Below, piece by piece: positions 52,901 through 64,000 of a DNA stretch of 64,000 nt. The notes under the pieces are model-generated. The model ran no database searches and was not told the DNA's origin. It saw nothing but the letters and a program-made list of their open reading frames with translations. Positions within the stretch are counted from its first letter, which is position 1. Each line of letters begins with the position of its first letter. The translations under genes were made by a program, and so were the position numbers. Origin of the DNA: Eledone cirrhosa (lineage: Eukaryota); assembly GCA_964016885.1 (NCBI GenBank), contig OZ024740.1:279186001-279250000 (forward strand), in the 5' to 3' direction.

Positions 52901-55900
52901 CAAGGGTAGATAATTTGTAAAAAAATCAGGGGGAGATAATTTGTAAAAAAAATCAGGGGGAGATAATTTGTAAAAAAAAATCAGGGGGAGATAATTTGTA
53001 AAAAAAAATCAGGGGGAGATAATTTGCAAAAAAAATCAGGGGGAGATAATTTGTAAAAAAAAATCAGGGGTAGATAATTTGTAAAAAAAAATCAGGGGGA
53101 GATAATTTGTAAAAAAAAATCAGGGGGAGATAATTTGTAAAAAAAATCAAGGGGAGATAATTTCCAGCCGTCCAAGGAGAGATAATTTAAAAAAAAATCA
53201 GGCGGAGATAATTTGTAAAAAAAAATCAGGGGGAGATAATTTGTAAAAAAAAATCAGGGGGAGATAATTTGTAAAAAAAAATCAGGGGGAGATAATTTGT
53301 AAAAAAAATCAGGAGGAGATAATTTGTAAAAAAAATCAAGGGGAGATAATTTCCAGCCGTCCAAGGAGAGATAATTTTAAAAAAAATCAGGCGGAGATAA
53401 TTTGTAAAAAAAAATCAGGGGGAGATAATTTGTAAAAAAAAATCAGGGGGAGATAATTTGTAAAAAAAATCAAGGGGAGATAATTTCCAGCCGTCCAAGG
53501 GGAGATAATTTTCAGCCGTCCAAGGGGAGATAATTTCCCGCCAGCCAAGGGAAGATAATATTCAAAAAAATCAGGCGGAGATAATTTGTAAAAAAAATCA
53601 GGGGGAGATAATTTGTAAAAAAATCAGGGGGAGATAATTTGTAAAAAAAAAAATCAGGGGGAGATAATTTTTAAAAAAAATCAGGGGGAGATAATTTGTA
53701 AAAAAAAATCAGGGGTAGATAATTTGTAAAAAAAAATCAGGGGGAGATAATTTGTAAAAAAAAATCAGGGGGAGATAACTTGTAAAAAAAATGAAAGGGG
53801 AGATAATATCCAGCCGTCCAAGGGGAGATAATTTCCAGCCGTCCAAGGGGAGATAATTTCCAGCCGTCCAAGGGGAGATAATTTCCATCCTTCCAAGGGG
53901 ATATAATTTCCAGCCGTCCAAGGGGAGATAATTTCCATCCTTCCAAGGGGATATAATTTCCAGCCGTCCAAGGGGAGATAATTTTCAGCCGTCCAAGGAG
54001 AGGTAATTTCTAGCCGTCCAAGGAGAGATAATTTCCAGCCGTCCAAGGGGAGATAATTTCCAGCCGTCCAAGGGGAGATAATTTCCAGCCGTCCAAGGAG
54101 ACATATTTTCCAGCCGTCCAAGGAGAGGTAATTCCTAGCCGTCCAAGGGGAGATAAATTCCAGCCTCCAAGGGGAGATAATTTCCAGCCAGCCAAGGGGA
54201 GATAATTTGTAAAAAAAATCAGGGGGAGATAATTTGTAAAAAAAATCAGGGGGAGATAATTTGTAAAAAAAAATCAGGGGGAGATAATTTGTAAAAAATA
54301 ATCAGGGGGAGATAATTTGTAAAAAAAATCAAGGGGAGATAATTTCCAGCCGTCCAAGGGGAGATAATTTTCAGCCGTCCAAGGGGAGATAATTTCCCGC
54401 CAGCCAAGGGAAGATAATATTTAAAAAAATTAGGCGGAGATAATTTGTAAAAAAAATCAGGGGGAGATAATTTGTAAAAAAATCAGGGGGAGATAATTTG
54501 TAAAAAAAATCAGGGGGAGATAATTTGTAAAAAAAATCAGGGGGAGATAATTTGTAAAAAAAAATCAGGGGGAGATAATTTGTAAAAAAAATCAAGGGGA
54601 GATAATTTCCAGCCGTCCAAGGGAAGATAATTTCCAGCCCTCCAAGGGGCTATAATTTCCAGCGTCCAAGGGGAGATAATTTCCAGCCAGCGAAGGGGAG
54701 ATAATTTTTTTTAAAAAATCATTGGGAGATTTGTAAAAAAAATCAGGGGGAGATAATTTGTAAAAAAAATCAAGGGGAGATAATTTCCAGCCGTCCAAGG
54801 GGAGGTAATATCTAGCCGTCCAAGGGGAGATAATTTCCAGCCGTCCAAGGGGAGATAATTTCCAGCCGTCCAAGGGTAGATAATATCCAGCCGTCCAAGG
54901 ACATATTTTCCAGCCGTCCAAGGAGAGGTAATTTCTAGCCGTCCAAGGGGAGATAAATTCCAGCCTCCAAGGTGAGATAATTTCCAGCCAGCCAAGGGGA
55001 GATAATTTGTAAAAAAATCAGGGGGAGATAATTTGTAAAAAAAATCAGGGGGAGATAATTTGTAAAAAAAAATCAGGGGGAGATAATTTGTAAAAAAAAT
55101 CAGGGGGAGATAATTTGTAAAAAAAAATCAGGGGGAGATAATTTGTAAAAAAAATCAAGGGGAGATAATTTCCAGCCGTCCAAGGGGAGATAATTTCCCG
55201 CCAGCCAAGGGAAGATAATATTTAAAAAAATCAGGCGGAGATAATTTGTAAAAAAAATCAGGGGGAGATAATTTGTAAAAAAATCAGGGGGAGATAATTT
55301 GTAAAAAAAAAATCAGGGGGAGATAATTTGTAAAAAAAATCAGGGGGAGATAATTTGTAAAAAAAAATCAGGGGTAGATAAATTGTAAAAAAAAATCAGG
55401 GGGAGATAATTTGTAAAAAAAATCAGGGGGAGATAATTTGTAAAAAAAATGAAAGGGGAGATAATATCCAGCCGTCCAAGGGGAGATAATTTCCAGCCGT
55501 CCAAGGGGAGATAATTTCCAGCCGTCCAAGGGGAGATAATTTCCATCCTTCCAAGGGGATATAATTTCCAGCCGTCCAAGGGGAGATAATTTCCCGCCAG
55601 CCAAGGGAAGATAATTTTTAAAAAAATCAGGCGGAGATTGTAAAAAAAATCAGGGGGGAGATAATTTGTAAAAAAATCAGGGGGAGATAATTTGTAAAAA
55701 AAAATCAGGGGGAGATAATTTGTAAAAAATAATCAGGGGGAGATAATTTGTAAAAAAAAATCAAGGGGAGATAATTTCCAGCCGTCCAAGGGGAGGTAAT
55801 ATCTAGCCGTCCAAGGGGAGATAATTTCCAGCCGTCCAACGGGAGATAATTTCCAGCCGTCCATGGGTAGATAATATCCAGCCGCCCAAGGACATATTTT

Positions 55901-58900
55901 CCAGCCGTCCAAGGAGAGGTAATTTCTAGCCGTCCAAGGGGAGATAATTACAGCCGTCCAAGGGTAGATAATATCCAGCCGTCCAAGGACATATTTTCCA
56001 GCCGTCCAAGGAGAGGTAATTTCTAGCCGTCCAAGGGGAGATAAATTCCAGCCTCCAAGGGGAGATAATTTCCAGCCAGCCAAGGGGAGATAATTTGTAA
56101 AAAAATCAGGGGGAGATAATTTGTAAAAAAAATCAGGGGGAGATAATTTGTAAAAAAAAATCAGGGGGAGATAATTTGTAAAAAAAAATCAGGGGGAGAT
56201 AATTTGCAAAAAAAATCAGGGGGAGATAATTTGTAAAAAAAAATCAGGGGTAGATAATTTGTAAAAAAAAATCAGGGGGAGATAATTTGTAAAAAAAAAT
56301 CAGGGGGAGATAATTTGTAAAAAAAATCAAGGGGAGATAATTTCCAGCCGTCCAAGGGAAGATAATTTCCAGCCCTCCAAGGGGCTATAATTTCCAGCGT
56401 CCAAGGGGAGATAATTTCCAGCCAGCGAAGGGGAGATAATTTTTTTTAAAAAATCATTGGGAGATTTGTAAAAAAAATCAGGGGGAGATAATTTGTAAAA
56501 AAAATCAAGGGGAGATAATTTCCAGCCGTCCAAGGGGAGGTAATATCTAGCCGTCTAAGGGGAGATAATTTCCAGCCGTCCAACGGGAGATAATTTCCAG
56601 CCGTCCATGGGTAGATAATATCCAGCCGCCCAAGGACATATTTTCCAGCCGTCCAAGGAGAGGTAATTTCTAGCCGTCCAAGGGGAGATAATTTCCAGCC
56701 GTCCAAGGGTAGATAATATCCAGCCGTCCAAGGACATATTTTCCAGCCGTCCAAGGAGAGGTAATTTCTAGCCGTCCAAGGGGAGATAAATTCCAGCCTC
56801 CAAGGGGAGATAATTTCCAGCCAGCCAAGGGGAGATAATTTGTAAAAAAATCAGGGGGAGATAATTTGTAAAAAAAATCAGGGGGAGATAATTTGTAAAA
56901 AAAAATCAGGGGGAGATAATTTGTAAAAAAAAATCAGGGGGAGAAAATTTGCAAAAAAAATCAGGGGGAGATAATTTGTAAAAAAAAATCAGGGGTAGAT
57001 GATTTGTAAAAAAAAATCAGGGGGAGATAATTTGTAAAAAAAAATCAGGGGGAGATAATTTGTAAAAAAAATCAAGGGGAGATAATTTCCAGCCGTCCAA
57101 GGAGAGATAATTTAAAAAAAAATCAGGCGGAGATAATTTGTAAAAAAAAATCAGGGGGAGATAATTTGTAAAAAAAATCAGGGGGAGATAATTTGTAAAA
57201 AAAAATCAGGGGTAGATAATTTGTAAAAAAAAATCAGGGGGAGATAATTTGTAAAAAAAAATCAGGGGGAGATAATTTGTAAAAAAAATCAAGGGGAGAT
57301 AATTTCCAGCCGTCCAAGGAGAGATAATTTTAAAAAAAATCAGGGGGAGATAATTTGTAAAAAAAATCAAGGGGAGATAATTTCCAGCCGTCCAAGGGGA
57401 GATAATTTTCAGCCGTCCAAGGGGAGATAATTTCCCGCCAGCCAAGGGAAGATAATATTCAAAAAAATCAGGCGGAGATAATTTGTAAAAAAAATCAGGG
57501 GGAGATAATTTGTAAAAAAATCAGGGGGAGATAATTTGTAAAAAAAAAAATCAGGGGGAGATAATTTGTAAAAAAAATCAGGGGGAGATAATTTGTAAAA
57601 AAAAATCAGGGGTAGATAATTTGTAAAAAAAAATCAGGGGGAGATAATTTGTAAAAAAAAATCAGGGGGAGATAATTTGTAAAAAAAATGAAAGGGGAGA
57701 TAATATCCAGCCGTCCAAGGGGAGATAATTTCCAGCCGTCCAAGGGGAGATAATTTCCAGCCGTCCAAGAGGAGATAATTTCCATCCTTCCAAGGGGATA
57801 TAATTTCCAGCCGTCCAAGGGGAGATAATTTCCATCCTTCCAAGGGGATATAATTTCCAGCCGTCCAAGGGGAGATAATTTTCAGCCGTCCAAGGAGAGG
57901 TAATTTCTAGCCGTCCAAGGAGAGATAATTTCCAGCCGTCCAAGGGGAGATAATTTCCAGCCGTCCAAGGGGAGATAATTTCCAGCCGTCCAAGGAGACA
58001 TATTTTCCAGCCGTCCAAGGAGAGGTAATTCCTAGCCGTCCAAGGGGAGATAAATTCCAGCCTCCAAGGGGAGATAATTTCCAGCCAGCCAAGGGGAGAT
58101 AATTTGTAAAAAAAATCAGGGGGAGATAATTTGTAAAAAAAATCAGGGGGAGATAATTTGTAAAGAAATCAGGGGGAGATAATTTGTAAAAAAAATCAGG
58201 GGGAGATAATTTGTAAAAAAAATCAGGGGGAGATAATTTGTAAAAAAAAATCAGGGGGAGATAATTTGTAAAAAAAGTCAAGGGGAGATAATTTCCAGCC
58301 GTCCAAGGGAAGATAATTTCCAGCCCTCCAAGGGGCTATAATTTCCAGCGTCCAAGGGGAGATAATTTCCAGCCAGCGAAGGGGAGATAATTTTTTAAAA
58401 AAAATCATTGGGAGATTTGTAAAAAAATCAGGGGGAGATAATTTGTAAAAAAAATCAAGGGGAGATAATTTCCAGCCGTCCAAGGGGAGGTAATATCTAG
58501 CCGTCCAAGGGGTGATAATTTCCAGCCGTCCAAGGGGAGATAATTTCCAGCCGTCCAAGGGTAGATAATATCCAGCCGTCCAAGGACATATTTTCCAGCC
58601 GTCCAAGGAGAGGTAATTTCTAGCCGTCCAAGGGGAGATAAATTCCAGCCTCCAAGGTGAGATAATTTCCAGCCAGCCAAGGGGAGATAATTTGTAAAAA
58701 AATCAGGGGGAGATAATTTGTAAAAAAAATCAGGGGGAGATAATTTGTAAAAAAAAATCAGGGGGAGATAATTTGTAAAAAAAATCAAGGGGAGATAATT
58801 TCCAGCCGTCCAAGGGGAGATAATTTTCAGCCGTCCAAGGGGAGATAATTTCCCGCCAGCCAAGGGAAGATAATATTTAAAAAAATCAGGCGGAGATAAT

Positions 58901-60435
58901 TTGTAAAAAAAATCAGGGGGAGATAATTTGTAAAAAAATCAGGGGGAGATAATTTGTAAAAAAAAAATCAGGGGGAGATAATTTGTAAAAAAAATCAGGG
59001 GGAGATAATTTGTAAAAAAAAATCAGGGGTAGATGAATTGTAAAAAAAAATCAGGGGGAGATAATTTGTAAAAAAAATCAGGGGGAGATAATTTGTAAAA
59101 AAAATGAAAGGGGAGATAATATCCAGCCGTCCAAGGGGAGATAATTTCCAGCCGTCCAAGGGGAGATAATTTCCAGCCGTCCAAGGGGAGATAATTTCCA
59201 TCCTTCCAAGGGGATATAATTTCCAGCCGTCCAAGGGGAGATAATTTCCCGCCAGCCAAGGGAAGATAATATTTAAAAAAATTAGGCGATAATTTGTAAA
59301 AAAAATCAGGGGGAGATAATTTGTAAAAAATCAGGGGGAGATAATTTGTAAAAAAAATCAGGGGGAGATAATTTGTAAAAAAAATCATGGGGAGATAATT
59401 TGTAAAAAAAAATCAGGGGTAGATAATTTGTAAAAAAAAATCAGGGGGAGATAATTTGTAAAAAAAAATCAGGGGGAGATAATTTGTAAAAAAAATCAAG
59501 GGGAGATAATTTCCAGCCGTCCAAGGGGAGATAATTTTCAGCCGTCCAAGGAGAGGTAATTTCTAGCCGTCCAAGGGGAGATAATTTCCAGCCGTCCAAG
59601 GGGAGGTAATTTCCAGCCGTCCAAGGGGAGATAATTTTAAAAAAAAAATCAGGCGGAGATAATTTGTAAAAAAAATCAAGGGGAGATAATTTGCAGCCGT
59701 CCAAGGGGAGATAATTTTCAGTCGTCCAAGGAGAGGTAATTTCTAGCCGTCCAAGGGGAGATAATTGCCAGCCGTCCAAGGGGAGATAATTTCCAGCCGT
59801 CCAAGGGGAGATAATTTTTTTTAAAAAATCAGGCGGAGATAATTTGTAAAAAAAATCAGGGGGAGATAATTTGTAAACAAAATCAGGGGGAGATAATTTG
59901 TAAAAAAAAATCAGGGGTAGATAATTTGTAAAAAAAAATCAGGGGGAGATAATTTGTAAAAAAAAATCAGGGGGAGATAATTTGTAAAAAAAATCAAGGG
60001 GAGATAATTTCCAGCCGTCCAAGGGGAGATAATTTTCAGCCGTCCAAGGAGAGGTAATTTCTAGCCGTCCAAGGGGAGATAATTTCCAGCCGTCCAAGGG
60101 GAGGTAATTTCCAGCCGTCCAAGGGGAGATAATTTAAAAAAAAAAATCAGGCGGAGATAATTTGTAAAAAAAATCAAGGGGAGATAATTTGCAGCCGTCC
60201 AAGGGGAGATAATTTTCAGTCGTCCAAGGAGAGGTAATTTCTAGCCGTCCAAGGGGAGATAATTGCCAGCCGTCCAAGGGGAGATAATTTCCAGCCGTCC
60301 AAGGGGAGATAATTTTTTTTAAAAAATCAGGCGGAGATAATTTGTAAAAAAAATCATTGGGAGATAATTTGTAAACAAAATCAGGGGGAGATAATTTGTA
60401 AAAAAAAATCAGGGGGAGATAATTTGTAAAAAAAA
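49984..60435 (+). repeat. Composite extended HOR unit, 10,452 bp
   Basis: Anchor 49984 to anchor 60436. It contains two aattcctag modules (~54130, ~58027) and four ggggctata modules (~52.4, 54.6, 56.4 and 58.3 kb). Confidence 0.6.
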
Positions 60436-63400
60436 TCATGGAGAGATAATTTCCAGCCGTCCAAGGGGAGATAATTTCCAGCCTTCCAAGGAGACATATT
60501 TTCCAGCCGTCCAAGGCGAGGTAATTTCTAGCCGTCCAAGGGGAGATAAATTCCAGCCTCCAAGGGGAGATAATTTCCAGCCAGCCAAGTGGAGATAATT
60601 TGTAAAAAAATCAGGGGGAGATAATTTGTAAAAAATATCAGGGAGATAATTTGTAAAAAAAAATCAGGGGGAGATAATTTGTAAAAAAAATCAGGGGGAG
60701 ATAATTTGTAAAAAAAAATCAGGGGGAGATAATTTGTAAAAAAAATCAAGGGGAGATAATTTCCAGCCGTCCAAGGGGAGATAATTTTCAGCCGTCCAAG
60801 GGGAGATAATTTCCCGCCAGCCAAGGGAAGATAATATTTAAAAAAATCAGGCGGAGATAATTTGTAAAAAAAATCAGGGGGAGATAATTTGTAAAAAAAT
60901 CAGGGGGAGATAATTTGTAAAAAAAAATCAGGGGGAGATAATTTGTAAAAAAAATCAGGGGGAGATAATTTGTAAAAAAAAATCAGGGGTAGATAATTTG
61001 TAAACAAATATCAGGGGGAGATAATTTGTAAAAAAAAATCAGGGGGAGATAATTTGTAAAAAAAATGAAAGGGGAGATAATATCCAGCCGTCCAAGGGGA
61101 GATAATTTCCAGCCGTCCAAGGGGATATAATTTCCAGCCGTCCAAGGGGAGATAATTTCCATCCTTCCAAGGGGATATAATTTCCAGCCGTCCAAGGGGA
61201 GATAATTTCCCGCCAGCCAAGGGAAGATAATTTTTAAAAAAATCAGGCGGAGATTGTAAAAAAAATCAGGGGGGAGATAATTTGTAAAAAAATCAGGGGG
61301 AGATAATTTGTAAAAAATAATCAGGGGGAGATAATTTGTAAAAAAATTCAAGGGGAGATAATTTCCAGCCGTCCAAGGGGAGATAATTTCCCGCCAGCCA
61401 AGGGAAGATAATATTTAAAAAAATCAGGCGGAGATTGTAAAAAAAATCAGGGGGGAGATAATTTGTAAAAAAATCAGGGGGAGATAATTTGTAAAAAAAA
61501 TCAGGGGGAGATAATTTGTAAAAAAATCAGGGGGAGATAATTTGTAAAAAGAAATCAGGGGTAGATAATTTGTAAAAAAAAATCAGGGGGAGATAATTTG
61601 TAAAAAAAAATCAGGGGGAGATAATTTGTAAAAAAAATCAAGGGGAGATAATATCCAGCCGTCCAAGGAGAGATAATTTTAAAAAAAAATGAGGCGGAGA
61701 TAATTTGTAAAAAAAAAATCAGGGGGAGTTAATTTGTAAAAAAAAATGAGGGGGAGATAATTTGTAAAAAAAATCAAGGGGAGATAATTTCCAGCCGTCC
61801 AAGGGGAGATAATTTTCAGCCGTCCAAGGAGAGGTAATTTCTAGCCGTCCAAGGGGAGATAATTTCCAGCCGTCCAAGGGGAGGTAATTTCCAGCCGTCC
61901 AAGGGGAGATAATTTTAAAAAAAAAATCAGGCGGAGATAATTTGTAAAAAAAATCAAGGGGAGATAATTTGCAGCCGTCCAAGGGGAGATAATTTTCAGT
62001 CGTCCAAGGAGAGGTAATTTCTAGCCGTCCAAGGGGAGATAATTTCCAGCCGTCCAAGGGGAGATAATTTCCAGCCGTCCAAGGGGAGATAATTTTTTTT
62101 AAAAAATCAGGCGGAGATAATTTGTAAAAAAAATCAGGGGGAGATAATTTGTAAACAAAATCAGGGGGAGATAATTTGTAAAAAAAAATCAGGGGGAGAT
62201 AATTTGTAAAAAAAATTAGGCGTAGATAATTTGTAAAAAAAAATCAGGGGGAGATAATTTGTAAAAAAAAATCAGGCGGAGATAATTTGTTTAAAAAATC
62301 AAGGGGAGATAATTTGCAGCCGTCCAAGGGGAGATAATTTTCAGCCGTCCAAGGAGAGGTAATTTCTAGCCGTTCAAGGGGAGATAATTTCCAGCCGTCC
62401 AAGGGGAGATAATTTCCAGCCGTCCAAGGGGAGATAATTTTTTTTTAAAAATCAGGCGGAGATAATTTGTAAAAAAAAATCAGGGGGAGATAATTCGTAA
62501 AAAAAAATCAGGGGGAGATAATTTGTAAAAAAAAATCAGGGGGAGATAATTTGTAAAAAAAATCAAGGGGAGATAATTTCCAGCCGTCCAAGGGGAGGTA
62601 ATATCTAGCCGTCCAAGGGGAGATAATTTCCAGCCGTCCAAGGGGAGATAATTTCCAGCCGTCCAAGGGGAGATAATTTCCAGCCGTCCAAGGAGACATA
62701 TTTTCCAGCCGTCCAAGGCGAGGTAATTTCTAGCCGTCCAAGGGGAGATAAATTCCAGCCTCCAAGGGGAGATAATTTCCAGCCAGCCAAGGGGAGATAA
62801 TTTGTAAAAAAATCAGGGGGAGATAATTTGTAAAAAATATCAGGGAGATAATTTGTAAAAAAAAATCAGGGGGAGATAATTTGTAAAAAAAATCAGGGGG
62901 AGATAATTTGTAAAAAAAAATCAGGGGGAGATAATTTGTAAAAAAAATCAAGGGGAGATAATTTCCAGCCGTCCAAGGGGAGATAATTTTCAGCCGTCCA
63001 AAGAGAGGTAATTTCTAACCGTCCGAGGAGAGATAATTTCCAGCCGTCCAAGGGGAGATAATTTCCAGCCGTCCAAGGGGAGATAATTTCCAGCCGTCCA
63101 AGGAGACATATTTTCCAGCCGTCCAAGGAGAGGTAATTTCTAGCCGTCCAAGGGGAGATAAATTCCAGCATCCAAGGGGAGATAATTTCCAGCCAGCCAA
63201 ATGGAGATAATTTGTAAAAAAATCAGGGGGAGATAATTTGCAAAAAAAATCAGGGGGAGATAATTTGTAAAAAATAATCAGGGGGAGATAATTTCCAGCC
63301 GTCCAAGGGGAGATAATTTAAAAAAAAATCAGGCGGAGATAATTTGTAAAAAAAAATCAGGGGGAGATAATTTGTAAAAAAAAATCAGGGGGAGATAATT

Positions 63401-64000
63401 TGTAAAAAAAATCAAGGGGAGATAATTTCCAGCCGTCCAAGGGAAGATAATTTCCAGCCCTCCAAGGGGCTATAATTTCCAGTGTCCAAGGGGAGATAAT
63501 TTCCAGCCAGCGAAGGGGAGATAATTTTTTTTTAAAAATCATTGGGAGATTTGTAAAAAAAATCAGGGGGAGATAATTTGTAAAAAAAATCAAGGGGAGA
63601 TAATTTCCAGCCGTCCAAGGGGAGGTAATATCTAGCCGTCCAAGGGGAGATAATTTCCAGCCGTCCAAGGGGAGATAATTTCCAGCCGTCCCAGGGTAGA
63701 TAATATCCAGCCGCCCAAGGACATATTTTCCAGCCGTCCAAGGAGAGGTAATTTCTAGCCGTCCAAGGGGAGATAAATTCCAGCCTCCAAGGGGAGATAA
63801 TTTCCAGCCAGCCAAGGGGAGATAATTTGTAAAAAAATCAGGGGGAGATAATTTGTAAAAAAAATCAGGGGGAGATAATTTGTAAAAAAAAATCAGGGGG
63901 AGATAATTTGTAAAAAAAAATCAGGGGGAGATAATTTGCAAAAAAAATCAGGGGGAGATAATTTGTAAAAAAAAATCAGGGGTAGATAATTTGTAAAAAA
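60436..64000 (+). repeat. Partial HOR unit truncated by the window end, sister copy of 35994-~39600
   Basis: It shares the private variants tccaaagaga (38611/62997) and ccaaatggag (38811/63197), both at offset 24,386. Confidence 0.75.

Larger units (their letters stand above)
1..64000 (+). repeat. Complex two-monomer tandem satellite array (25-bp B and 26-28-bp A monomers, shared core CARGGGGAGATAATTT), roughly 2,400 monomers
   Basis: Every line consists of GGGGAGATAATTT or a close variant, followed by either GT(A)nTCAG or CCAGCCGTCCAA. The orientation is the same throughout and the array continues to both edges. The count is an estimate (64,000 / ~26.5 bp). Confidence 0.99.

Noticed and set aside
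3-63815. Roughly 200 minus-strand ORFs of 60-192 aa (LSPLGRLEIISPWTAGNYLPLDGWK and FFYKLSPPD repeats)
   Set aside because: These are translation artefacts. The reverse complement of monomer B has no stop in any frame, and a 25-bp period cycles through all three frames to give a 25-aa repeat. The + strand has TAA in every monomer, which explains the strand bias. The ORFs overlap in several frames, start mostly at TTG within the repeat, are broken by A-tract length changes and resemble no protein domain I know.
1-64000. CRISPR-like layout (constant repeat plus variable spacer)
   Set aside because: The core is only 16 bp, the linkers are 9-14 bp and fall into two recurring classes rather than being unique, and there is no leader or cas gene.
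1-64000. Telomeric repeat array (G-tract on one strand, 25-bp unit as in some budding yeasts)
   Set aside because: Two interleaved monomer types, variable A-tracts and multi-kb HORs copied with private variants do not fit telomerase-templated synthesis, and the array is at least 64 kb. A subtelomeric location is not excluded.
1-64000. Embedded transposon, inversion or unique island
   Set aside because: I found no non-repeat stretch, terminal inverted repeat, LTR or reverse-orientation monomer (AAATTATCTCCCC on the + strand) while reading through the window.
1-64000. Purely artefactual or synthetic sequence, or antigenic-variation/DGR cassette array
   Set aside because: Hierarchically shared variants and conserved homopolymer lengths indicate real descent by duplication. 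There is no coding frame, recombinase or reverse transcriptase to support a cassette system. Local misassembly cannot be excluded without reads.

Overview
The whole 64 kb window is one uninterrupted, single-orientation complex satellite DNA array. I see no credible gene, RNA gene, transposon or unique sequence, and it runs off both window edges. It is built from two short monomers that share a 16-bp core, CA(A/G)GGGGAGATAATTT. Type A is CAGGGGGAGATAATTTGT(A)7-11T (mostly 26-28 bp, ~30% GC). Type B is CAAGGGGAGATAATTTCCAGCCGTC (25 bp, ~52% GC). Runs of A and B alternate through a small fixed set of junction monomers and are nested at several scales: sub-blocks of ~1.5-1.9 kb, a higher-order repeat (HOR) of ~6-7.2 kb, a ~12.07-kb repeat, and a mosaic copy in which 42.5-64 kb re-traces parts of the first 40 kb. 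All listed ORFs are minus-strand read-through of the repeat and are treated as artefacts. The architecture resembles eukaryotic heterochromatic satellite (centromeric, pericentromeric or subtelomeric), but I cannot identify the organism or the satellite family from the sequence. Block boundaries were located by eye using diagnostic variants and are approximate.
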